Assembly (NCBI RefSeq): GCF_006345805.1 | Contig: NC_043011.1 | Coordinates: 13,404,464 to 13,468,463 of the forward strand | DNA: 64,000 nt | Origin: Octopus sinensis | Lineage: Eukaryota | Reading direction: 5' to 3' | Shown: in pieces, positions 38,690-51,217 of the stretch | Position numbering within the stretch: the stretch's first letter is position 1 | Layout of the letters: each line of letters starts with the position of its first letter | The notes under the pieces: generated by a model | Database searches by the model: none | What the model saw: the letters and a program-made list of their open reading frames with translations, nothing else | What the model was told of the DNA's origin: nothing | Made by a program: the position numbers and the translations under genes

Positions 38690-40520
38690 CCAATTTGGAA
38701 AAGGATTATCCGGAAGCTTCAGTCTCTTTTGAAGAGACATCCTAACTGAAGCATTTAATGAGGAGGAGGAGGAGTTACTGATTTGTAACATCGAGGATAA
38801 CTGGATGTTCCTACAAGACAACTTACTGAAAGCCACAGACCAAGTTTGTGGTTAGCCCCAACCAAACCTAGGGTGACGTGGTGATGGAACTGTGGTTGAC
38901 AGGAACATTAAAGCAAAGAAACATGCTTGGAAGGACTGTTAGTGTGGCAGTAGCAAGAAGGCAGCTAGAAGGGAATCTAGAAAGGGTGGTGAGCTGGCAG
39001 AATCGTTAGCACGCTGTGCGAAATGATTAGCAGTATTTCGTCTGCTGCTACGTTCTGGATTCAAATTCCACCAAGGTCGATTTTGCCTTCCATCCTTTTG
39101 GGATCGATTAAATAATTACCAGTTACGCACTGGGGCGATATGATCGACTTAATCCCTTTCTCTATCCTTGTTTGTCCCCTCTGTTTAGCCCCTTGTGGGC
39201 AATAAAGAAATAAGGGAATCTAGGAGGCAGGTATACTTAGCTAGGGGTGAAGCAGAAAGGAAGAAGTTTGCCATGTTCTGTGGAGTGAGGACCAGCAATT
39301 TCAAGTGTTTTGGTTTGCAAGATAGTGTGCCAGGGAAACTTGTGATGTTGGAGAGAAGTATTTGCATGGATGATGATTCATTTGCAGTTAGTAGAACTTC
39401 CAAGCCTCTTTCTTTGCAGAGTCACTATGAAAGGCTGCTAAATGTGGTGAACTCATGGGAGAAGGAGAATCTGAATAGAAGTAGCATGGTAGATAAGGCC
39501 ATGAAGGATATGAAGACCAGGAAAGCTCCCAGTCCATCAGGCAGTGTGGGTTATGGTCTAGTCACCCATATAGTTAATTGAGTTGTACACGAGGGAATCA
39601 TCCCAATGACTGTAGCAGCACCATAGTTGATTGGTACAAAGGTAAAGGTGACACTTTAGACAGACATAAATACAGAGGATCAGGTGATGAAAGTGATTGA
39701 GAGGGTCATAGCCCAACTAACTTGGAAAAGGTGCAATAAACACTATAAACATACAGAAGATTGATTCTATCAAATGCCAGAAGCGACACCTAGAAGTAGT
39801 TGAAAGCTTCTGTTGTCTAGGTGACCAAGTCTGCTGTGGAGGTAGATGCGCCAAGAATGTAGCTGCTAGAATAAGAATAGGCTGGGCAAAGTTCAGAGAG
39901 CTTCTACCTTTGTTGGTAGCAAAGGACCTCTTCCTCAGAATGAAAGGCAGATTGTATGATGTTTGAGTGAGAACAGCCATGTTATATGGCAGTGAAAGTG
40001 GAGCCGTGACTGCAGAGACATGTGAAGGCTTGAAAGAACCGAAGTTAGCATGCTTCGCTGGATGTGCAACGTCAGTGTGCATGTACGAGAGAGAAAAATT
40101 GGGCATAAGAGACAGCTGTGCTGGTATGGTCAAGTACAGTTGTGTAAAGATGTGCCAATCTCTATGGAGGAAACTTGTGATAGAGGTAGACCCAGGAAGA
40201 CGTAGGATAAGGTGGTGAAGCATGATCTTTGAATGTTGGGCCTTATGCAGGTGATGATAAATGGAGAACTTTGATGTGTTGTGCTTAAGACATGTCAAGC
40301 CATGTGAAATCAGTCACGGCCAATGCCGGTGTAATGCAACAGGCACCTGTACTGGTGGCACATAAGGGCACCTGTGCCAGTGGCACGTATGAAGCACCCA
40401 TTAAACTCTGTGTTCGGAAGGGCATCCAGCTGTAGAAGCGGGTACAGCTCTCTGGTTTACCAGTTCCAGTTAAACCATCTAACCCATGCCAACATGGAAA
40501 GCAGATGCTAACTGATAATG
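38690..40520 (+). mobile_element. Decayed RTE-like LINE running into its 3' UTR, interrupted by a SINE
   Basis: RTAMLYGSE motif, ORF2 end (CCCAGGAAGAC...), continuous into family C sequence and GAT tail; shares sequence with 33505-34347. Confidence 0.75.
38985..39214 (+). mobile_element. SINE family A inserted into the RTE fragment
   Basis: Matches 55277-55510. Confidence 0.82.
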
Positions 40521-40562
<42 letters not shown>

Positions 40563-41632
40563 GGAGTATGTCACAAACCTTTGCTCTTTACTTTTTCAGT
40601 CTATAGACTGTGGCCATGCTGGGGCACTGTTTTGAATTTTTAACTGAATGAATAGACCACAGTACTTTTTTTTTTTTTTTCAAACCTTGGTGCTTATTCT
40701 ATCAGTCTCTTTTGCTAAAAATAGGCAATTCTCTCACAAGTCATATCCTGTCCTTAAAAACACAAGGACTACATTAGACAATGGTGTTCTAGATAGGTTT
40801 CCTGAGAAGATGGATGATTACAGGTCTGTTAAATGTGGACTGAACAACAACAGACAATGTATGTTCTTTTAAAACCATCTTAACTAATCTCAAATATCGT
40901 TCTTAAATTCTCCGACAGATAAAATCTAATCTGTAAACTGAGGAGTTTCCTTGAAAAGAAATTAGTTTTTACAGGCTTTGAGAATAATGAGGAAGTGATT
41001 AACATCAAAATTTGAAACTTGTTAAATATTTTTCTACTGCTTAGCTTCAAAACCTTGCAGGTATTTATTTGCATCTACTTGTATTTTCTCAGCAAACTGC
41101 AGAACATACTTTCCTTTCAAATGACCTGTTTTGCTGATAGTTCTAAAATCTAGTCTTTGGTGATGGTAAATAGACTTTTGTTTACTGCCCTACTCATCTA
41201 TAGAAAACTGAAGTCATGGCTTTTCTTTTAATTAGAAACAATTACCAGATTATTTTGATCATTTCGTTTTTTCCTTTGCATGAGAAAACTTTAGTGTTCA
41301 AATTATTCTGCCAAATGCAATGCTTATGTATTCACATTTTGAATTTATCATGCATTATCCCATAGTTTTGGGATTTTGATGTTGTGAATGTTTATTTTTA
41401 GAATTACATTGTAGGGTAGGTGTGAGAGGCCATATCTAGCCAGTTTGAACACAAAACAGGTAGAACATTTGGGCTGGATCTGGCTGGTTTAAATGCTAAA
41501 GGGTTAATGACTGTTAAAATCTGAAAGATCTAATTTAGTAAACTAAATAAAATTTTCAGATTTAACTATTGCAAATAAAATGTTACCTATTACATTGCTT
41601 CTACCCTTGTATTGCTGCTATATATATATATA

Positions 41633-42013
41633 TACTCTTTTACTTGTTTCAGTCATTTGACTGCGGCCATGCTGGAGCACCGCCTTTAGTCGAGCAAATC
41701 GACCCAAGGACTTATTCTTTGTAAGCCCAGTACTTATTCTATCGGTCTCTTTTGCCGAACCGCTAAGTGACGGGGACGTAAACACACCAGCATCTGTTGT
41801 CAAGCAATGCTAGGGGAACAAACACGGACACACAAACATATACGCACACGCACAGGCTTCTTTCAGTTTCCGTCTACCAAATCCACTCACAAGGCATTGG
41901 TCAGCCCGGGACTATAGCAGAAGACACTTGCCCAAGATGCCACGCAGTGGGACTGAACCCGGAACCATGTGGTTGGTAAGCAAGCTACTTACCACACAGC
42001 CACTCCTACGCCT
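41633..42013 (-). mobile_element. SINE family B
   Basis: Near-identical to the other family B copies. Confidence 0.88.
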
Positions 42014-42111
42014 ATATATATTTATGAACTGCAATAACTTTTCATTCAAATGTGTCTTGAAAATCAGTAGCAGTTGTAAGTTTTGTTATATATTTTTTTT
42101 GCATTTTTTAG

Positions 42112-42230
42112 GTCAGCTCATCTTATTTCTGCCTATCGTCCACGTTGTCCAATCCTGGCTGTTACTAGAACTGCACAGGTTGCTCGCCAGGCTCACATGT
42201 ATAGAGGGATTATTCCAATTTATTATGAAG
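42112..42230 (+). CDS. Pyk: PK gene 1, exon J (119 bp)
   Basis: tttttAG / GTaagt; [19 protein letters not shown]...[15 protein letters not shown]; ends in phase 1. Confidence 0.96.
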
Positions 42231-43952
42231 GTAAGTTAACCCTCAGTTGAATGCTTAAACTATGCAAGATACACATATAATTTTGTTTATTCTTAGAGAT
42301 TCTACTACTTTTAGAACCCACTAACACAATGAACTTATTGTTAAAATGCATGTGAACAAAGCACTGCGTCTTGTTAAACAGGGAAAATACCAAAGTAATT
42401 AAGAAAAAAATATTAATTAATGGCAAATAGGTTTATGAATACATTTGTAGTGTAGATATTTTCCCCATTAAGATGATTGCTTTTAGAAGCCAGTAAAAGC
42501 AAACTAATTTGTTATAAAGTCATTAGATCTGACAAAATGGTTACCTTAGATATGAGTTTAGAAGTTTCAAGCTTAATTAAATTTGTTGGTGATATCGATT
42601 TTTCTATTATACAAGCAAGACTTGCCCACCATGGAAGGCTGAAAACCTGAGTTCACTCAATTTGTTATTGAATCCTCAGTCTGCCTAATATAGAATGTTT
42701 AGTTGGAACTTGGTATTTTATTAGCTTGTCTGAACTTGGAATATTGGTTGGTTTATGAAGGAAGATTTGAATATCAAATTGCATTAAAGGCACTTTTTTT
42801 TATTAGTGCCTATCATGAACTTTTTTGTATTGCAACATGGATCAGTACCTTGGGTATGTGATGAAACTTGAATAACACTAGGCTGGTGAAACGAATTGAT
42901 GAGCTTCAATAAAGTTTCATATTGGTAAAGGGGATGATGGAAATGGCTAGTAAATGTGGAAAGAATCTTGAACAAGTAAAAGTTAACCAATTTGTTGTAG
43001 GAATTACTCCATAATTTTAGCATTTCTCTTGAGTTGTGATATTAGTTGAAGGGTTACTATATATTTAGAATTTAATTTCTTTACAAAATTACAATTCATT
43101 TCCATTCTTAAGTGAACATGAAAAATTCCTTTTCACCACAAGGTTTGAAGTTTGGTTTCATTTAATGTTCTGGTTGAATCAATTGTTAACAAGTTCAGTA
43201 AACTAAATTTTGATCATTGTAGAATGTTGCTACATTCAAAAGAAAAGTTATTACTTTCATTACATTAAATCAGTTTCTAATACATCCAAATATATGTTTA
43301 TCTTTTTCCACGGTAATTCTTTAGGAATTTGAGAAAATATTATTTAAATACTATTAGCTGTGTATCATTTGATTTGAGAGTTTGTAATATATTTGTTTCA
43401 CATTGTTTTTTCTTTTTAACATTTTCAATAAATGATTTCAGTTTAAAAAATGTTTAAGTTATATATTTTTATTTTGTAGAATATTATTAGTAAGGGGATA
43501 TTCCATTTCTCCTACATGTTCCTGGTAAAATTTCTATTCTAAAAGCAAATTATAATTTCTTCATTTAGTTTCATTCCAACAATTGTCATCACTGTTATTA
43601 TAGTTAAGATTATTATTTTCATTCTTAATTTATCTTGCATAAAATTTTAAGTTCAATTTCAAAAGGTCCAGATTTTTAAAAAATAAGTTTGCTTTAAAAT
43701 CTTGAAAATATAAAGAAAAGTGATGAATTACAAAAACCTAATGAAACATTATATATATCATATTGTTTCAACTACTTAAACAGTTGTTTAGCATCACCCT
43801 TTGTGTGCTGCCCATTATTTTCTTTTCCTTATGCCTGTGTGATGTTTTATACATATTTGCATGAATTTGATTATTTTATGAAATAAATACACTTAATGCA
43901 TTTACTTGTAAGCATTTCTAGGTCTTATGCTCTGTTTAAATTTCCTACACAG

Positions 43953-44161
43953 AGAAAAGAGACAGTCAATGGACTGAGGATGTTGATAAACGCATTCAGA
44001 GAGCTCTGGAAGCTGGGCATGACCATGGGTTTATCTTCAAGGGAGTTCCTCTAGTGATTGTGACTGGTTGGAAATCTGGTTCAGGCTTCACTAACACGCT
44101 GAGACTTATCAATGCACCCGGCAGAGATGAAATGACTCCTATTATGGCCAGTCACTTTTGA
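43953..44161 (+). CDS. Pyk: PK gene 1, proximal terminal exon K (209 bp incl. TGA)
   Basis: ctacacAG acceptor, phase 1; (E)KRDSQWTEDVDKRI...VIVTGWKSGSGFTNTLRLINAPGRDEMTPIMASHF*; exons A-K sum to 1614 nt = 538 codons with no internal stop. Confidence 0.95.
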
Positions 44162-45133
44162 ACGATGTGATTTTGATGATGCTGGGTTGCCAGTTCTTTA
44201 GAGACTTACTCTAAACTCCTGTTTCAATTTAGTGACCTTTTTTTCTTATATAGAATAACAGATGTCTACCCTGTCTTAAATAGGGACTTACTTTGTAGTA
44301 AATACAATCATGTACTTATCCTTTCCATGAAAAGTGTGACTATAAAATTAAGTGATTTTAGTAATACCTTTTGACTACTTCTGCAGCAACATCTAAAATA
44401 TTAAGTATAATAATACTTGGAGCTTTCGTTTCTCAATTTTTCATTTCTTTCTATGCTAATCCCGATGGTGATTTCATTGTTTTTACTTTCAAGATGAAGG
44501 TTTACATAAATTTCTGTACAAGAAACTTTCATTGCTAAGAATTTTTGAAAAGAAATAATCATGTCTAATAGAAAAAAATAACGATCTGAAGCAAAATAAC
44601 ACAGTTGTTAACATGAATAACTTGTTCTAATATAACATTAGTTCAACTTCCAAAATTATTTTGTATTTAAAGCTGTTTAAAGACTCAAAATCTACAATGT
44701 GTTATACTCCTGCAAGTATTTCATTTGTTTGATTCATTTGTTTTTTGTTTTTTTTTTTTTTTCAACTGGGACCAGAATTTATAAAATTTCAAAATGCAGT
44801 TTTGAAATTTTGAGCTACATGGTTCCTTTGTAATTTTGTAAACTAAAAAATATTTCATATTTTAGTTGATACTCATTGAATACGACAAATATAACCCAAT
44901 ATATTTGGCAAATCTAATGTAAAATATCTTAGTTATAGAATTTATTGTAGTACGTTTCCTGAATATGAAGTATAAGTTGAGCTAATTATTTCATATATTT
45001 AAAACTCATGAATAGATTTTTCTTTCAAAAGTCTTGTAGGAATACTTTCTATTTGTTTTAGTTTTTAATTTTGATGTTTTAGGACATTTTTTCTTTGTTT
45101 TATGAAATCTTCATTTTTGAGATACAATATTTC

Positions 45134-45186
45134 AATAAATTGTAGATTTGTTTGTGTCTAAAATGGTTTGTTAAATTGTTAATAAA
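45134..45186 (+). terminator. Candidate poly(A) signals for the exon-K isoform
   Basis: AATAAA at 45134-45139 and 45181-45186, about 1 kb after the stop; hexamers are common in AT-rich DNA. Confidence 0.35.
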
Positions 45187-45845
45187 TGTGTGCAAATACT
45201 TTTTTAGTCGTCCTTGTCATTTATCCCTTATTTATTTTGTTTTTTTTTTTCTCTTTGAAACTGACAATTTTAATCCCATTTTAAAATCTACCTCCTTCTG
45301 CTTGGAAGTGCTTTTGGCTAACATTTAACTTTGGTTAACTAATTGGTTACTGGTCTTTTTCCTGCAATGTCTACCCAGAAAGCTTTAATTTTCTGCTGTC
45401 TCTAACATTCCTTTTCCCAACCTATTCTTCATCTATTTAGGTCAGTAAAAGAGAAATTAAATTTTAACAATTTGAAATGTTTCTTTAATTTTTGTAAATA
45501 TAGTGGACTGGAAAAATGCATCAACAAATGGTTGCAAGCATAACTGAGATTAAATTCTCTTCACAACAATATGGTAACGGGTTTGATCCCACTTTGCTGC
45601 ACCATGGGCAAGTGTCTGAGGGAAATTTCTGGAGAAAAAAACTATGCAGATGCCTGTTATGTGTATATTTTTTATTTGTCTTTTGGAAATTCTTTGATGT
45701 TTTACTTTGTAAGGGGAGGTAAGTTTCTTAGTGGGAATGGATGGTGGCGCTATTAGGACCTCAATTATTTGTTACATAAAATGAATGCTAAACTTAGAAT
45801 TAAGCTTGATATAAATTGTCTGTTGGTGTTTCCTCAACATAGTTA

Positions 45846-45846
<1 letters not shown>

Positions 45847-45912
<66 letters not shown>
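45847..45912. repeat. (TA)n microsatellite
   Basis: Pure TA run; others near 40526-40561, 46883-46920 and 52340-52390. Confidence 0.95.
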
Positions 45913-45918
<6 letters not shown>

Positions 45919-46880
45919 TGTGTGGATAATACATTTGAAATTCATTAACAAATGTTACTTATGATGTACATTGTACAAAAGCTGAGATTTATAGAATTAA
46001 TTAAAAAACAAATTAATTGAAATATATACACAAGTATTTGTATTTCAAAATTCACTAATACACCTATGACATTCTTATTTATTGACTTTCAATGAGTAAG
46101 AAAGTAGTGTGGGATTATTAAATCTTATGACAATTTGAAGCTTCAGGTGTGAAATTCTGGCTTTTTATGTTAGTAAATGGAGTTCTTTTAAAAAAGGAAT
46201 TCGAGAACGGTAAATTATTTCATGTTTACCTGTTGGTTAATATAATTCTCTACTTTATATTTCTTGAAGACGAGGAAATATTCTTTCTTTATTGCTTTTG
46301 AAACTAAAAATTAACATTCTCAAATTAAAATTGTTGCTTGAATCTAATACTTTATATGCACTTTCTGACAAGTTGTGGTGCACCTGAGCACTGTATACAA
46401 TAATTTCATTATTAATATTAATATATTTTTAAAATTTCTAATGTATGCAATTTCTGGTGCTCCACGTGTATGGCTACCATTATTAGTGTTGTATTCCATG
46501 AGAAAAACCGGTTTAAGTAATGAAAACAATGCAGCAGGTTCTGCTTGTTGCCTCATCTTTTTGATTCCATTATACTTCATAAGACCAGATATCTTTTGCT
46601 GTTCTGGGTTTTGGATCTATACCTAACCTATTGTAAGGATCTCTTGGTAAGTCATTTCACTCATTCATCATTGTTTTACATTTGTCTATCATTTTTACTT
46701 TCATGGTGATCCTTCTTTGATAGTAGTACACATGGACACAGTGGCAAAATGTTTCTTAAATTGTTTTTTTTTAATGGCATTGGTCTTTCAAGATGTATTA
46801 TTTATAGGTTATTTTTTAAAAATATATGCATATCTGATGTTTTAGGTATATTTAATAAACATTAATTTTTAATTATCTTC

Positions 46881-46911
<31 letters not shown>

Positions 46912-49749
46912 ATATATATATGATGTATTGTTGGTTACCAACGTCGCTTCACTGGCACCTGTGCCGGTGGGCACGTGTAAAAAGATTCAAGCAAGGTCAT
47001 TGCCAGTGCAGGCGGCTCGTAAAAATCACCCACTACACTCTCGGAGTGGTTGGCATTAGGAAGGGCATCCAGCTGTAGAAACTCTGCCAGATCAAGACTG
47101 GAGCCTGGTGCAGCCATCTGGTTGCCAGCCCTCAGTCAAAACCGTCCAACCCATGCTAGCATGGAAAGCAGACGTTAAACGATGATGATGATGTTATTGA
47201 AAATGTCTCTAACTGAGCTTTTGCTGTTGCTTGTAGACTCTTGTTGGAGCTAGGCACTTTCTTAAAGTATGAGTGAACTAATATTTCATCTTGTAACATA
47301 CACAATATTGTTTTAAAGAACTTTAACTATACAAGTACCATTTTAGTATATTCAATTAGGTACTTTCTATGATAATAAACTAGGCTGAATTCATTGAAAA
47401 GGTGTTTGGAACATGTTAAGTGAGGATCTAGAATAAGGTAATCCACACAGGTGTGTATATAAATACACATGTGCAGGTGTGTGTGTACATATATAGTAGT
47501 AATAATAATAATTGTTGATGTTAAATAAGCAGAAAAGTAAGTTAATGTAAAATTGGGAAATGGCATTTTCAGAATTGTTCAAGCTATAACACTGAAAACA
47601 CGGTGACTTTGATAGAAAATAGTTTCATTAGTGGTGGTTTGTTCTTTGCCTCTTCATTTGAGAACTGAAAGGGCTTTACATTTTAATGAAAGTGGTGTGA
47701 AGTAGAAAGGCTGGACAAGTTATTGAGAATGTTTGTTTTTAAAATTACATGTATTTTATTTATATATTTTTAAAGTAGTAAATAAGTGATGATGCTAATA
47801 CTTTTTAGGGTGAATTTAATTGTAGTCTTTGCTTACCTCCATTCTGTATGTAGTTAATAAACTTTTGTTTTTGTTTGATACAGACACAATATTACAAAAA
47901 TTCGAAAACTGAGCCTTTCAAAAGAATTTAGCTTTGGTGGTTATTGTACCAAAAACTCTTCTGAAGTTATTTTTATTTACTCTTCTTCAAAGTGCAGTTG
48001 AATAGCAATTTTAACTTTTCTCCTTATTAGGTACATATATGAAGAACAAATGAAATAGTTAAGAATAATATTTGTAGTCAGACTAACCTATTACTTTTGT
48101 TTCATAATCAAGATATGTGAATTTCAAAGGAAAAGTTCACCTAGTACAATACTAAGTGGCTGTCTCTATAGAACCATACTCCTTGGTAGCTTTTTTTTTC
48201 CTGTTAACACTTGGTTCAGTCTCTAGTAAAAGCTCAGAATTTATTCTTTCAAGGGCATTTACTAATTGGATTTTGCATAAACAGTTGGTTGTCATCCAAT
48301 CAGTAGACTTATTGAAGTGTTGCATTATTTTCTTATGAGAAAACTGGTTTACTTGGATCTTTTCTATTTTTTTCTAGTCTTGTTCTTGTTGGTTTTTATA
48401 TTTATCTTTCAGTGGTTTTTGGAGAACTACTTCAGGTAGTTTACTTCTGCATATAATTCACTTAAGATTTGTGTGTGTGTGTGTATGTATACATGTATAT
48501 ATTATATGCAAGCATATTTATGAGTAAGCAGCTTTCTACTTGGCACGAATGAAACTAAAAGTGGTTCTAAGAAGAAAAAATAAAATTATGAACAGAAATT
48601 CCAAAGGGTGTAGTAGAGAAATAGATTGATATGCATATAATTTGGTATGGACTTTTTACAGGAAGAATCCCTTTTTATAAAGATCTAATTTGTCTAAGAC
48701 TGATGTATCGTTAGGTTGTTATTCTCCTGTTCCTCTTATGTCACTATTTTGCTGCTTGAGCTGACATGTGTATTATGTTACCATGTAAAATTTTTTATGT
48801 AGTACTTTCCACCTTTTTAATGTTTTAATTTATTTTGTCAATATACTTCAACAAATGATTAACCTTGATATATTTAAATATAAGTTATATCAAATTAGAG
48901 AAGAAAAAAAAATGACTTTATTTTGTTCCTTGATGATTTTGAAGACCTTATGTTACCTTCTACAAAGACAGCTTCTTTACAGTATTGGACAGGGTTACTG
49001 CCATTGACTATAAAATTGACCACTTATATACTGTCTTAAGATTAATGATTGTTAATCAAAATTTTAAGATAGGAAAATGAATTCTTCTAATACATATGAA
49101 ATGACATTTAATTCCTGAAAAGTATAATCTTAATTTTCATGCTTAGATGGTTTTAAGTTAACATTTGTACTCTCAATGACAGACTAAAAAAAATTGTTAT
49201 AAGGTGAAAATCATTGGACAAAGCAATCTTCTGTAATCAATAAGTGTTGCTGTTAGTTTTTTGTTTTATTTGAGCAAAGAAAAGCATTAACATGTACTGT
49301 ATAGAATATGGTCTATCTCAATCAGTCTTACTGCTCTGATATGTAAAATTTATTAAGTTGTTACATGCCTTTTTTTTTTTTCTTATAAAACTTGACTACA
49401 GCAATTTTTAATTTTTAATTTGGTGCCTTATAAAGCAATGTCTTTTAATCACTGATTGTAGTTATGTTAAGCTCAATAAATTTGTTTATAGACTTCTGTA
49501 GCAAAATCGTATTTACATTAGGTAAAAAAAAAAAAAAAAAATGGAAAATCATATCAAAAGATTTTAGTTTTTATTCAACATTTAGTAAACAAATTTTGTG
49601 TTAAAAAAAAATTACTAAAGTAGAATCTATTTATATGGATTCTGAAGAATTTGTGAAATGACATTGTGACAGAATTAAAATGAATTAAGAATGTATTTCC
49701 AAAGATCTAATTATTTTTAAAATTAAAAATTTGATTTTTATTATTGTAG

Positions 49750-49985
49750 AGGCTGCTGCAGATGATCCTATGGTGGATTTGGATAGGAGGATTTATCGTG
49801 GAATAGGAATTGGCTTACAATTAAAGACAATAAAGAAAGGCGATCATTTGGTGATCATGAGTGGTGTTCGTCATAACAATGAATGTAATGACACTGTAAG
49901 GGTTCTAGCATGTCCAGCTATTTCTGGAGAGATGCCTCCTATTGCTGGTTTTAAGCCCCTACCAAAAAATACACTTGGATTTTAA
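49750..49985 (+). CDS. Pyk: Probable alternative terminal exon K2 of PK gene 1 (236 bp incl. TAA)
   Basis: tttgatttttattattgtAG acceptor, phase 1 like exon K; open to TAA; (E)AAADDPMVDLDRRI...KKGDHLVIMSGVRHNNECNDTVRVLACP... aligns gap-free with exon K over 56 aa (17 identities); AATAAA at 50051 and 50104. Confidence 0.78.
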
Positions 49986-50050
49986 ATAGATAGAGGAAAT
50001 GATTTTAAAATGTCTAATTTATTGCTAATTTTTTTCATTTATTTAAAATC

Positions 50051-50109
50051 AATAAACAATATTTATATATCAGGTTGTATTTTTCTGCCAAAGTATGTTT
50101 AGAAATAAA
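50051..50109 (+). terminator. Candidate poly(A) signals for the exon-K2 isoform
   Basis: AATAAA at 50051-50056 and 50104-50109, 65-125 nt after the TAA. Confidence 0.4.
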
Positions 50110-50359
50110 GTATCTTAAATAAAATTATTGGATTTTTTTTTTCTTCCATTTTTGAAAAATCCACCTACTAAAAACTACATGATTCTTGGATAGTTTTAAA
50201 AAAAATTTATAAATTACATTGTCTATAGAAACTAAAAGAATATAAAATTGTACATAACATGTTTATTTGATTTTTAGTTTTCTCAAAGCAAATATTTATT
50301 TCTGACAAATAGCTAGCTATATATATATATATATATATACATACATACATACATACATA

Positions 50360-50637
50360 CGAGGTCTGATCAATAAATATCCAAACTGTTGCCATAGTAA
50401 CAAAGTTAAAGCAAGCAAAGTGAAGCACAGATTGACCTTGAAATCTGCTGTGCTTGCATATTAAGTTTTAACATTCGAGCTCACTTCTGCTGTAAACAGC
50501 AGAAGTGAGCAAGAATGTTAAAACTTAGTGCACACGCACAGCAGGGTTCAAGGTCAATCTGTACCAAGCAGCCTCACTCTGCATGCTTTAGCTTCATTAC
50601 TATGGCAACAGTCCGGATACTTATTGATCAGACCATG
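50360..50637. mobile_element. Fully palindromic mariner-type MITE
   Basis: TIR CGAGGTCTGATCAATAAATATCC...GTTGCCATAGTAA mirrored at the right end; symmetry continues to the centre ...GCTCACTTCTGCTG-TAAA-CAGCAGAAGTGAGC... Confidence 0.8.
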
Positions 50638-51217
50638 TGTGTGTATGTGTAATATGATTGAAGGAAATGGAAGATGCATTTGGCACCTTTATTCAGTATG
50701 ACAATCGTTCCGACTCCTCCTGCAACTGTCTGTTATGGGTAGGATTTTGTGCATCTAATAGTGTAGCATCTGCCTATGCAGTTTGTCATATCAGGTACAT
50801 AAAGAAGGGGATGTCATGCTAGACATACTGAGATGTCCTAGGCATGTTGTTCAAGCCTGCTTTATCTTGGTTTTATATATATATATATATATATATATCA
50901 GGAGCGTGCACTCTCAAGTATGCGTTGCATGCCGTGTGATTTTTTTTTATCCATATGATCGGAAAATTAGATAAAATAGTTACTTTGTTTCAAAGAAAAT
51001 CCGTCCAATTGTTTTCGAAATATTTTGTCTCCCCTTCTCATCTCTCAGTAACTCGTACTTCTGCTTTGAGAAGTCATGCTTTGAGAAGACCCACATGACA
51101 GACACTCCCTCTCTGTCTCAGTTTGTCCTTCCTTCCTTCCTCTCTCTCTCTCTCTTAGTGACTTGTTTAAAAAACATGCTAAGAGGTTAGGGCATTTGAA
51201 ATTATATATATATAATA

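Noticed and set aside
41618-41803. Recurring ORFs MTTDAGVFTSPS... and MLAWVG... in several places
   Set aside because: Each falls inside a family B or C repeat copy; no independent coding evidence.
38544-42111. A mutually exclusive partner for the 167-bp exon I (PKM1/M2 style)
   Set aside because: The intron is mostly RTE and SINE sequence; no PK-like peptide seen by eye.
44159-44170. Stop-codon readthrough of exon K
   Set aside because: Context is TGA ACG ATG TGA, not the TGA-CTA readthrough motif, and would add only three residues.
46344-46626. Overlapping ORFs on both strands between exons K and K2
   Set aside because: No PK or other recognisable similarity; starts in a CR1 tail fragment; no convincing splice pair.
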